NCBI GenBank assembly: GCA_958295945.1
Contig: OY282386.1
Location: 1,303,371-1,367,370 of the forward strand
DNA: 64,000 nucleotides
Source: Candidatus Poribacteria bacterium
GTDB taxonomy: Bacteria > Poribacteria > WGA-4E > WGA-3G
Direction of reading: 5' to 3'
Part shown: positions 9,901 to 17,228 of the stretch, one piece after another
Position numbering within the stretch: the first letter of the stretch is position 1
Layout: each line of letters begins with the position of its first letter
Notes under the pieces: model-generated
The model's input: the letters and a program-made list of their open reading frames with translations, nothing else
What the model was told of the DNA's origin: nothing
Databases searched by the model: none
Made by a program: the position numbers and the translations under genes

Positions 9901-10026
9901 CGCACCGATTTCAAATGTACCTGTGGCTATATCTAAGTTGACACTTTTCAATATAAGGGTTTCAAGGGCTTTTAGGAGGGTATTATCATTTACATTATCA
10001 ATTATTGTTGGTATCTGCATACACAT
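6997..10026 (-). CDS. PLD-family nuclease fused to SNF2/SF2 helicase
   Basis: N-terminal PLD motif FHAK...GSSNFT. Walker A DGVGSGKT, Walker B DEAH, motif III TATP, motif V TDVLAEGLNLQDA, motif VI QRIGRLDR. Confidence 0.88.
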   Translation of the reverse strand: MCMQIPTIIDNVNDNTLLKALETLILKSVNLDIATGTFEIGAFLSLGKTWQHLDGIRILMGDETSRRTKEHLIEALQTVTEDSLESVKEKDDTLQGLADVHTAIRRGKILIRIYDNAKFHAKLNLMQADASSPVNFSTVGSSNFTTPGLTQNVELNTFITEPTHIAKLREWYDERWEEGTEVKAELLRTIERHLKKHPPFTVYAKALHAYFEGREKPADDWEENESVIYQTLSQYQKDGYHAALQIAGTWKGALICDGVGSGKTFIGLMILERALQENKRVLLITPKSVAESVWNSQIKRLLRAKSKYRRLLRDHYDHKLHTDFGRKGGISEDDLEHFQQRVEVIIIDEAHHFRNASSNRGKLLMDIAKEKELYLLTATPINNSIDDIYHLINYFGQNRRDYFSRIGVHDFRRHFRDIDKKLENENTEIAEQVEEEDFLRQNPILKQVLIQRSRKYIKESEQESGVDILFPKRKIESPVEYSLKKVYGSLYDELRAAFDRHYPFINLAIYNTVRYHKNPERQLENRQKQIVGLIRTLVLKRLESSWRSFEVTIENLLLKMAEWLKKYAPERYEQWEGTNSRWWGVVQRHIKERLEEDGIRQPESTEEEDDIESIETEDEFIPEDHDLNRLFTDVVVDMNFLTLLLSKIYRSFYADEVGGEPDTEKDDKLQQLIKLLNSAPYEKRIIFTEFCDTARYLYTQLQNAGVTDIAQIDSRRKVNREEIIERFAPFYNGKTQFQSGEPVNTLITTDVLAEGLNLQDASVIINYDLHWNPVRLMQRIGRLDRRLDADTEAKLNRTDPTVHVWNFLPPEELEDILRLRRRVDGKILRISRTLGIEGKFVSPEDDNETLRLFNERYDGTASVEELMNLERQRISDAHPKLWEQLSDLPKRLFSGKDVSIEPPPMYNRDGELSQLRRIGDVGVFCCYQMPNDEIKWYFYDAENDAIIEDVRDIWTEIRCDIRTERYTEQGPGGLRNELKRVERHIQKHLMKLQTPMGEKPKLIAWMEIC

Positions 10027-10051
10027 CTCACTTTTTGTATAGTTTATTTTA

Positions 10052-10192
10052 ACCTAAGTTGCTACTTACTGAATATTAATCATCAAATTACTTTGTCAAA
10101 CGAAGAAACAAGGAATTCTGCATATTTTAGTGCCACTTCTTATAAATCGGGGTTACAAACCCCTCCAACAAATGATAGGTGGCAACTTAGGT
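10052..10192. mobile_element. MITE (141 bp) with 17-bp TIRs and a 7-bp target-site duplication, carrying a REP-like hairpin
   Basis: TIRs ACCTAAGTTGCTACTTA / ACCTAAGTTGCCACCTA (15/17). TATTTTA is duplicated at 10045-10051 and 10193-10199. Internal AAATCGGGGTTACAAACCCCTCCAACAA. Confidence 0.7.
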
Positions 10193-10232
10193 TATTTTAG
10201 TAAATCATACAAAATGAAATTTGTCAAGCAAT

Positions 10233-11435
10233 TTATTGGGTGTGTATGTAAGCATCCAACAAACCCTCATCAATATCCACACCAAAACCAGGAGCATCGT
10301 TGACTGTGAAAAAGCCATCACGAGGTGAGGGACGTAAAAGACGATACAACTCGTTTTCAACATCATTACGGGAGGGACCAAACGTCTCCGCCATACACGG
10401 CATCGGCAAGCAGGCAGTGAGATGCAATCCCCACGGTGTGCCTGCTTGATGAAGCCACGTTGGTATGTGCTGATCAGCAGCTTCGCGGGCAATACGCAAA
10501 CATTCTGTAAATCCGCCTGCCCAACTCACATCTGGCTGAATCATGTCGGCTGCCTTCCAGCGTAGTAGTTCACGGAAGCCGTATCGTGTGAATTCATGCT
10601 CACCTGAGACAATCCAGGTCGAATCGACCTCTTTCACTAACCGTGCCATGCCAGCATAATCGTCAAGCGGTATCGGTTCCTCAATCCATTTGAGATTGAG
10701 ATGGGTTGTTTCGTTAGCAAAACGTAAAGTGTAGTCCACATCCCAACGGAGATAGATGTCTGTCATGAGTTCCACATTGGAACCGATGGCATCACGTGCT
10801 GTGTGTATCATCTCAAGATTCTGCTTGAAGCCATCTTCGCCTTCAGCGAGACCGTTTCTCAGTGGGAGTTTGCAGGCAGTGAACCCGTTCTCAGCATAAT
10901 AACCAACATCTGCGCCTGTTGCATACGCAGGAATTTGAAGCAGCGGCGTCTCAGTGAAAAGGCTATAAACAGGTGCATCTAATATCTTTCCACAGAGGTC
11001 TACGAGGGCAAGTTCTATACCACTTAATGCATAGATGACAAGTCCACGCCGTCCATAAATTGAGGTGACGTGATACAGATGGTTCCAAATATCCTCTACA
11101 TCAAACGGGTCGCGACCGAGTACGAAGTGCTGCAGATGTTTGTCAATAATCATCGCACCTGCAAGTCCTCCTCCACCGAGTCCGTATCCTTTTAAGCCTT
11201 TATCAGTGGTAATCTCTACGATTAGCGCGCCTGCTTGTGTTGCGAAAGGTCCACGCCAATCGACGTGTGCATTTTTGGGAGTTGTTTGACTCGGTATTTC
11301 ACCTTTTGCAAAGCCGAGAGTTGGCATAGCACGCGGGTTTAGGTTGACGTTCCAAGTGCGGATGTCTGCTACTGAGTGCCGTTCTTTAGCACGTGTTTTC
11401 CATTTTGAACTGCGAGTTTTCTCGTTAGTCTCCAT
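10233..11435 (-). CDS. Mandelate racemase/enolase superfamily protein (L-rhamnonate dehydratase-like)
   Basis: Motifs ALSGIELALVDLCGK, metal-ligand segments LMTD, WIEEP and SGEHE, plus QPDVSWAGG and PGFGVDID. Confidence 0.85.
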   Translation of the reverse strand: METNEKTRSSKWKTRAKERHSVADIRTWNVNLNPRAMPTLGFAKGEIPSQTTPKNAHVDWRGPFATQAGALIVEITTDKGLKGYGLGGGGLAGAMIIDKHLQHFVLGRDPFDVEDIWNHLYHVTSIYGRRGLVIYALSGIELALVDLCGKILDAPVYSLFTETPLLQIPAYATGADVGYYAENGFTACKLPLRNGLAEGEDGFKQNLEMIHTARDAIGSNVELMTDIYLRWDVDYTLRFANETTHLNLKWIEEPIPLDDYAGMARLVKEVDSTWIVSGEHEFTRYGFRELLRWKAADMIQPDVSWAGGFTECLRIAREAADQHIPTWLHQAGTPWGLHLTACLPMPCMAETFGPSRNDVENELYRLLRPSPRDGFFTVNDAPGFGVDIDEGLLDAYIHTQ

Positions 11436-11475
11436 AATTTCCCTTTATAGCTCGTACGATGGGTAATCCAGATAA

Positions 11476-13428
11476 TCAACGCGGTAGGGCATGATACCCA
11501 ATACCAGTAAAGAAACCGATCAACATCCAGATTGCTACCATAACATATTCACCGAAGATTAAGCCAAAAGCAATTGGACGAATCTTTCTATATGTCAAGG
11601 GACCGCCGAATTTCAGGGCAAAGTATTTTATACCCCAGCCAATCATAATGGAAGACCATAGATGGAACGAGGGATATGTCGCACCTAATAAGTAGCCAAT
11701 CGGATGGAGTGACCACCAGACGAAACTTTGACGCATCCAGAGCATAAAGCCAGTAAAACCTGCGCCAGCAATCATACTGTAGACTTCAAGCCAGTTCGTT
11801 TCAGAAGGGAATTGGATGAGTTTGTTCGTTCTATTGAAATATGCCCGTGGTGCATTTACAAAAGGCCAGCTCTGTAAGAACAGCGCGCCTTTATCATAAA
11901 CGAGTGTCAACGTGGCATAAACAGAAACCAGCACCGCAACAACGATAGAGATGGCAAGAATCGGTACGATGCGTCTACGGACTAGATTAACTTCATCGGC
12001 TGCCTTGAAACTGTGCAGGAAGTTTGGCATCATGAATTCACCCCAATCCCGCAGGAACGTCCGTTGGAAACTGAGAACAGCCAGGCTTTTTTGTCCCATC
12101 GCTCCAGAACCGACAGTAAAATTGATGTAGTCGGATGGGAAGAAAGGGGCTTGCACAAGGAGTAGACCACCATTTACCACCATCCATGATAACACAACAG
12201 ATGTGATGAAGATGGATAGTAAAACGACAAACGCAACCCACGTAGTTATGCCGGCAAACATAAAAAATCCAACGAGTGTGGCAAATCCAAGAAGAAAACC
12301 GATTAGTGCCAATCGATATGAGATAGGTTCATCAGAATCGTCAACCGTTCGACTTTCAGTTGTGGCACGTAAACCGAATGTTTTCCTGATAATAGATGCA
12401 ATATGTTCCCGTCCACCCCAGAAAACAGCGGGGACGAAGACAAGATACCCTCCCATGACCTGACGGCTACAACTTGCCCACGGTCCCAGTCCGAAACTGG
12501 TTGCGTTCATGATGATATATTGTAATTTGAAAAACAGGAAGAAGAACCACAGACTGAATGACACTTCAAGAGTAAGCAATGCAGCCACCCCGATCACAGA
12601 AAAATAGATGGCAATATTCATTGCTGGCCACATTCCAAGTGTATGCCACGGCTTTTCTGTAAAGGCGCGGTGAATGTTGTATAGCAAAGGTATTTCTGGG
12701 ACGTTTGGAAAATGTGCGTGCAGTCCGTTGAGAAAATGTATCATCACCGGAAATGCCATGCCTGCCCACAACAACTTGTTTTTGAAGAATGCGTTAAGCA
12801 GCGTGCCACGTTCAGGTTCCGCAGCGAGCTGCACTGGAATCTGGACTAAGGGGAATGAAAACCTTTCGCGTTCTATCCATTGTTTGCGTAGGATTGTGGC
12901 AAGGCAGATGGTTGTGAAATAGAAAACAAGAACAAATAAACCCCAGATAAGTAATGGCTGGATCCAAGGAGTCCATGGCACACCACCACCTGCTGAAAGT
13001 CCTTCATAGAAATCGGTAACTGCCTGTGAATCCGTGACTATTAACCATTCTGGTATGTGGGGTTGTAGTGTTTCTGCCCAATCGTTTTCTGGGGTTGTGA
13101 AATAACGCAGTGCTACAAGGCATGGCAACAAAAACTGGAGCAATCCCATTGATGGAATGCCGACCGCGACAATCAGCATCATCCAGATGACTGTCAGTTC
13201 CAACGCGGAGAAGGAAAAGCGACTGCTTCGTGTCAGTAGACGCAGTGGCAGATTGACAACGAAGACGAGTAGGAGCAACCCGAAAATAGACCCAACAGGT
13301 AGGTGATTGCCCGATATTTTTGAGTTTTCCAGAAAGTAGTTGTTGTAAGGGGTGATTGCACAGATTGCCCCGACTAAGAATAGTCCTACAAGGATGGCAG
13401 AGAATCGGATTTTGGGGCGGCGTGACAT
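11476..13428 (-). CDS. Multi-pass membrane protein, DUF6785/DUF6784-like (putative OPT-related transporter)
   Basis: 650 aa with many TM helices. Motifs LRKQWIERERFSFPL, WWSLHPIGY and GLIFGE recall this family. Confidence 0.7.
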   Translation of the reverse strand: MSRRPKIRFSAILVGLFLVGAICAITPYNNYFLENSKISGNHLPVGSIFGLLLLVFVVNLPLRLLTRSSRFSFSALELTVIWMMLIVAVGIPSMGLLQFLLPCLVALRYFTTPENDWAETLQPHIPEWLIVTDSQAVTDFYEGLSAGGGVPWTPWIQPLLIWGLFVLVFYFTTICLATILRKQWIERERFSFPLVQIPVQLAAEPERGTLLNAFFKNKLLWAGMAFPVMIHFLNGLHAHFPNVPEIPLLYNIHRAFTEKPWHTLGMWPAMNIAIYFSVIGVAALLTLEVSFSLWFFFLFFKLQYIIMNATSFGLGPWASCSRQVMGGYLVFVPAVFWGGREHIASIIRKTFGLRATTESRTVDDSDEPISYRLALIGFLLGFATLVGFFMFAGITTWVAFVVLLSIFITSVVLSWMVVNGGLLLVQAPFFPSDYINFTVGSGAMGQKSLAVLSFQRTFLRDWGEFMMPNFLHSFKAADEVNLVRRRIVPILAISIVVAVLVSVYATLTLVYDKGALFLQSWPFVNAPRAYFNRTNKLIQFPSETNWLEVYSMIAGAGFTGFMLWMRQSFVWWSLHPIGYLLGATYPSFHLWSSIMIGWGIKYFALKFGGPLTYRKIRPIAFGLIFGEYVMVAIWMLIGFFTGIGYHALPR

Positions 13429-13565
13429 TTTGGTTTTCTCTGTTTTAGGCGACCTTGGGACTAAGAAACATTTGTAAACTCACGATTCGGAGATCACTCC
13501 TACAAAAGATGGATTTCCTTAGTAGGAGGAACTCCGATTCCCGATTATTCTTCCAGTTTCCTATC

Positions 13566-15026
13566 TTAATCTCCTTCAGATTGATCGCGAAGGACAGGAC
13601 TATACAGGCAGAGTTCAGCGTCTACGATTCTGCCATCGGGTAAGGTATAAGCGTTTGGTGTGCCTCTCCCCCAAGGTGCTTGCCAATCTTTGCTGCGCTC
13701 TTTATCTAAATCTTTCTGTTTTTCAACTTCTTCCCATTCAAATCCACCCATGAGTTGTTCATGTAAGGATGCTTCCAATTCACTGAGTTCAGGTTTTCCA
13801 GTCAGATTTTCAAATTCATCGGGGTCGTTTTCCAAATCAAACAAGATGGACTCATCTTCGGGAAAAGCGACATATTTGTATTGAGGTGTTCTTAACATCC
13901 TCATTGGCCCGGTAGTTTGGGGTGCCCAATATTCGCTGATGGCGGTGTTTCGCCACCCATCCGCATTTCCGGACATCAGATTTGACAGGTCTGAACCGTC
14001 TAAACCGTTGGGGATAGGTATGTCTGCCCTTACACATAAAGTTGGGAATAGATCATTTAATTCAACAGGTGCGTTGACCCATCTGCCGTGTGTATCTGCT
14101 GATCGTGTATCGTGGATGATGAGTGGCACGCGTGCTGCTGCCTCGTAATAACTGGATTTCCACCATTGTCCATGCTCACCCGCCATCTCACCGTGGTCGG
14201 TGGTGTAAACAATGATTGTATTTTCTAAGAAACCGTCACGTTCCAAGATAGTCAGTAAATCACCGACACATTCATCAAGAAATTCACAGCAGGCATAATA
14301 AGCAGCACGTGCCTTTCGTGTTTCTTCCTCATCAATAGCTGCAGTATTGAAGTTCTTTCGTAGTCCTTCCGCAAAGCGATGTGTCTGTTCCAAATGTCCT
14401 GGCGGGATGTTTGGCATGTCTATATTGTCAGGATAGTATTTGTCAAGAAGTCTTTTTGGAGCAGTCAACGGGAAGTGTGGACGACTGTAACTTGCAAGTA
14501 AAAACCACGGTTGGTCCGCAGGTTGTGACCGAATATATTCAATTGTTTCTTCATTGACCACCCGTTCTTGAAGAAGGCTTGTTGGGATATCGGTGACACC
14601 AGCATCCTTTGTGCGATTTTGGTTTCCACTCAGTGGGTCGCGTTGATGTCCTGCATTTCCACGCAGATCCCCATAAGGACGTGATTGGAAACCGTTATTT
14701 TGTTCTTTTCCACCGAAGTGCATTTTACCGACGAGTGCTGTAGAATAACCGTGTTCTGCGAAATGTGCAGGCATTGTTAGATGTTCGGGGAACAAGATTG
14801 AACCGTTATTCCAAGCAGAGCATCGGTGTGCGTATTTTCCTGTGAGCATGCACATACGTGAAGGTGTACAGAGCGGGAATTGGCAGTATGCGGCATCAAA
14901 GTAGTTGCCTGCTGCTGCAAGGCGATCAAGGTGTGGTGTTTGTACTATCTCATTGCCTTCACACCCGATGGCGTGTGGACTGTGTTCATCACTTTGAAGA
15001 AATAGAATATTCGGTTTTTGAGCCAT
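13566..15026 (-). CDS. Sulfatase (choline-sulfatase-like, formylglycine-dependent)
   Basis: Motifs KPNILFLQSDEH, CTPSR (CxPxR), GKMH and TTDHGEMAGEHG. The start is placed at ATG 15026 after an AAGGAGA RBS (track start 15137). Confidence 0.9.
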   Translation of the reverse strand: MAQKPNILFLQSDEHSPHAIGCEGNEIVQTPHLDRLAAAGNYFDAAYCQFPLCTPSRMCMLTGKYAHRCSAWNNGSILFPEHLTMPAHFAEHGYSTALVGKMHFGGKEQNNGFQSRPYGDLRGNAGHQRDPLSGNQNRTKDAGVTDIPTSLLQERVVNEETIEYIRSQPADQPWFLLASYSRPHFPLTAPKRLLDKYYPDNIDMPNIPPGHLEQTHRFAEGLRKNFNTAAIDEEETRKARAAYYACCEFLDECVGDLLTILERDGFLENTIIVYTTDHGEMAGEHGQWWKSSYYEAAARVPLIIHDTRSADTHGRWVNAPVELNDLFPTLCVRADIPIPNGLDGSDLSNLMSGNADGWRNTAISEYWAPQTTGPMRMLRTPQYKYVAFPEDESILFDLENDPDEFENLTGKPELSELEASLHEQLMGGFEWEEVEKQKDLDKERSKDWQAPWGRGTPNAYTLPDGRIVDAELCLYSPVLRDQSEGD

Positions 15027-15051
15027 ACTGTGGTTATCTCCTTGCTTATTT

Positions 15052-15318
15052 TTAATTTGTGTTTGTAACTGGTAGTTCACCATGCATGTGAAAATCGACA
15101 CTGAACGGTAACGCGATGTGCGATTCTTTATTAGCAAAGTGTTGTGAAAAATCTATGAGTGTGAAACCGACAAGTTGTTTCGTGTCAGGGTGAAAACGTA
15201 GAATTATATCGTCTGCGTATTCAACGTAGTCAGTATATTCGGGTTTGCCTCGTGTTACATAAAGCACGTCCGCATCTTGATCATATACAATTTTGAGTTC
15301 ATCCATTACGTTTTTCAT
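15052..15318 (-). CDS. DUF2283-like putative antitoxin
   Basis: Signature IVYDQDADVLYV...IILRF...LVGFTLIDFS. ATG 15318 has an AAGGAA RBS and lies 2 nt after the reconstructed toxin stop. Confidence 0.8.
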   Translation of the reverse strand: MKNVMDELKIVYDQDADVLYVTRGKPEYTDYVEYADDIILRFHPDTKQLVGFTLIDFSQHFANKESHIALPFSVDFHMHGELPVTNTN

Positions 15319-15334
15319 GTTTAGTTCCTTTTTC

Positions 15335-15560
15335 TTATTGGATATGCGGTTATACTGACATACTCCCCCAGCTAAAGCAGTGGGGTTCTTAGTTCTTATA
15401 TTGGTAACACTTGTTGTTTCCAAACGACTTTTCCTGCTTCCGTCTCTCGTGCCCTTTCCTGAACGGTGTTAGGTCTTATTTGGACTCCACAGGCGTTTTG
15501 TGTCTCAGTCTGCCCGACCACGACATTTCTAAGGTTTATTGCAGCATTGACATCTCTATC
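15335..15560 (-). ncRNA. Predicted TnpB omega/reRNA (tnpB 3' end plus right end, with a guide from the flank TATAACCGCATATCCAATAA); boundaries approximate
   Basis: Inferred from established TnpB biology, where the guide RNA overlaps the tnpB 3' end and right end and the guide comes from 3' flanking DNA. Only the right-end hairpin is directly visible. Confidence 0.45.
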
Positions 15561-16765
15561 TATAGAAATATCGCATTGACTGCAATGATATGTTCTTTCT
15601 GAAAGTGTTAAGTCTTTTTTCTTATGTCCACAACTGGAACAGGTTTTAGAGGATGCAAAGAACACATCTGCTTCTGTTATAGGAATGCCACGTGCTTCTG
15701 CTTTTGCCTTGAGTTTCTCTAAAAACCCACCTAATGCTGAATCTGACAATGCTTTTGCCAGCTTTTTATTCTTTAGCATATTGGTAACCTTTAGGGTCTC
15801 AGTCCCTATAGCAGATGCACGGTTGACAATATCCGTCGTTGCTTTGTGGTGTGCATCGTTTCGGAGACAAGCGATTCGGTAATGCAGTCTTGCCACCCTA
15901 TCTTTCTGCTTAAACCAGTTTTTTGACTTATGCACTTTTCTGTTCAATGCACGGCTGAACCGTTTGAGTTTTTTCTCATAGCGTTTGAGGGGTCTCGGAT
16001 TATTATATTTGATGCCATCGGAACAGGTTGCCAATGTGTTTATCCCCACATCAAGGTTTCCAATCACAGGGTGCGTTGAGTTATCAACGACTTCGGTGTC
16101 CTCTGTGTCCACAGTGATAGAGACAAACCATCGGTGTGCTATTCTTGAGACTGTCACCTTCATAATCTTCCCGACAAAACGCAATGATTCAAACATCTTG
16201 ACCCACCCTATCTTAGGAAGTTTGATATGTGGACCTTTAACTTCCACAAACTGATTGTTTGTCGTGAATGCATCCTTTTTGCCACGCTTTTTAAATCTTG
16301 GAAATCTCGCACGCTTGCCAACCCAATTCGCAATCGCAGCGGACAAGTTGCCAAATATGCTTTTATTCGGGACAACTTGATCCATATCTTTTGTCCAAGC
16401 ATGTTCTTTCTTAGCGACATTAAATCGCTTGTTTAATGCTGTGGCAGATAGAAAGTTATCTTTAGCTAACTCTGCTCTAAAATCTGATAATGCGTGATTA
16501 TGTGCCAACCGTGCATAACCACATTGCTGGGCGAACCAAGTCCGTTGCTTATTGTTCGGATCCAATGCAATTTTATGTGTTTTTAACATGACATTCCCGT
16601 CCCCTGTGAAGATTCCATATCCCATCGTTAGGGTGTGGCAGATGCCTAACGACATCCGCCGCTGAACTGGTTTAAATAGGGGACCATGTTTTTTTCATAA
16701 GTCAAGTTTTTTGGCGGTGTTTCATCCCAAACCTAAAGGATTGGGTTTTCACACCGCAACGTTTG
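15355..16765 (-). mobile_element. Non-autonomous IS200/IS605-family (IS1341-like, tnpB only) element, 1411 bp
   Basis: Left-end hairpin GAAAACCCAATCCTTTAGGTTTGGGATG and right-end hairpin AACCCCACTGCTTTAGCTGGGGGAGTATGTCAG share a CTTTAG-centred motif. TTTAT lies immediately 5'. There is no TSD and no tnpA. Confidence 0.85.
15396..16589 (-). CDS. tnpB: RNA-guided endonuclease TnpB
   Basis: N-terminal HTH (MLKTHKIALDPNNKQ), FPRFKK, RuvC-I LDVGI, RuvC-II ETLKVTNM, zinc finger CSSC...CSQC and RuvC-III DRDVNAAIN. Confidence 0.92.
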   Translation of the reverse strand: MLKTHKIALDPNNKQRTWFAQQCGYARLAHNHALSDFRAELAKDNFLSATALNKRFNVAKKEHAWTKDMDQVVPNKSIFGNLSAAIANWVGKRARFPRFKKRGKKDAFTTNNQFVEVKGPHIKLPKIGWVKMFESLRFVGKIMKVTVSRIAHRWFVSITVDTEDTEVVDNSTHPVIGNLDVGINTLATCSDGIKYNNPRPLKRYEKKLKRFSRALNRKVHKSKNWFKQKDRVARLHYRIACLRNDAHHKATTDIVNRASAIGTETLKVTNMLKNKKLAKALSDSALGGFLEKLKAKAEARGIPITEADVFFASSKTCSSCGHKKKDLTLSERTYHCSQCDISIDRDVNAAINLRNVVVGQTETQNACGVQIRPNTVQERARETEAGKVVWKQQVLPI

Positions 16766-17145
16766 ATAAAGTTGTTATGAATCAACTTAACAATAACAAC
16801 AATTCGAGTGTAATTGTAAGGAAGATTCTCAAAATCTTTATAATATGTGTATTTAAATGGATCCATCGGTGCCTGCTTTCGTCTACCAGTCCGGACGGTC
16901 AAAAGTATCTCATTGAGATGATTTCTCAATTCCCAATGATTTTCAAGGATATGTTGCCATCTCTCATCTGTTAACTCAATTTGATTTCCCCATTTATCTA
17001 TAACGTGCCACATAAAATTTTCTCTAACTTCTGTTAGTTTACATTAATTCTCAAGGAAATTCAAGCATGATCAAGGGTATATGGTGTGTAAAGGTCCTTG
17101 CAATAACCATATTGTTTGCTTGTTTGAAGACTTTGTCTGTCCAAT

Positions 17146-17172
17146 AAATCGGGGTTGGAAACCCTCCAACAA
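17146..17172. repeat. Dispersed short REP-like hairpin family AAATCGGGGTT-n-AACCCnnCCAACAA
   Basis: Related copies at about 10144-10171, 22526-22552, 33078-33105 and 61553-61579, all intergenic. Confidence 0.7.
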
Positions 17173-17228
17173 GAGATGAAGTGCTTAATTGTGCCTACTG
17201 TTCAATGTAATCCAAGTATCTCTCTATC

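Larger units (their letters stand above)
15321..17013 (-). pseudogene. RelE/BECR-like toxin (partner of DUF2283) interrupted by the TnpB element
   Basis: The 5' part (17013-16766) reads MWHVIDKWGNQIELTDERWQHI...IVKLIHNNF and the 3' part lies at 15354-15321. Removing 15355-16765 gives the in-frame ending NNFIITAYPIRKRN*. Confidence 0.82.

Noticed and set aside
3462..10026. Complete DISARM or BREX system
   Set aside because: No DrmA/DrmB (DUF1998), PglZ or BrxC genes are in the neighbourhood.
15319..15423. Extended N-terminus of the DUF2283 ORF (track start 15423)
   Set aside because: The extension reads through the IS right end and the toxin 3' fragment. The RBS-supported start is 15318.
15355..16765. 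IStron (group I intron plus IS605), suggested by the in-frame insertion and terminal G of TCAG
   Set aside because: Only about 175 nt lie between the left end and the tnpB start, too short for a group I intron core, and no core motifs were recognised. A covariance-model search would settle it.
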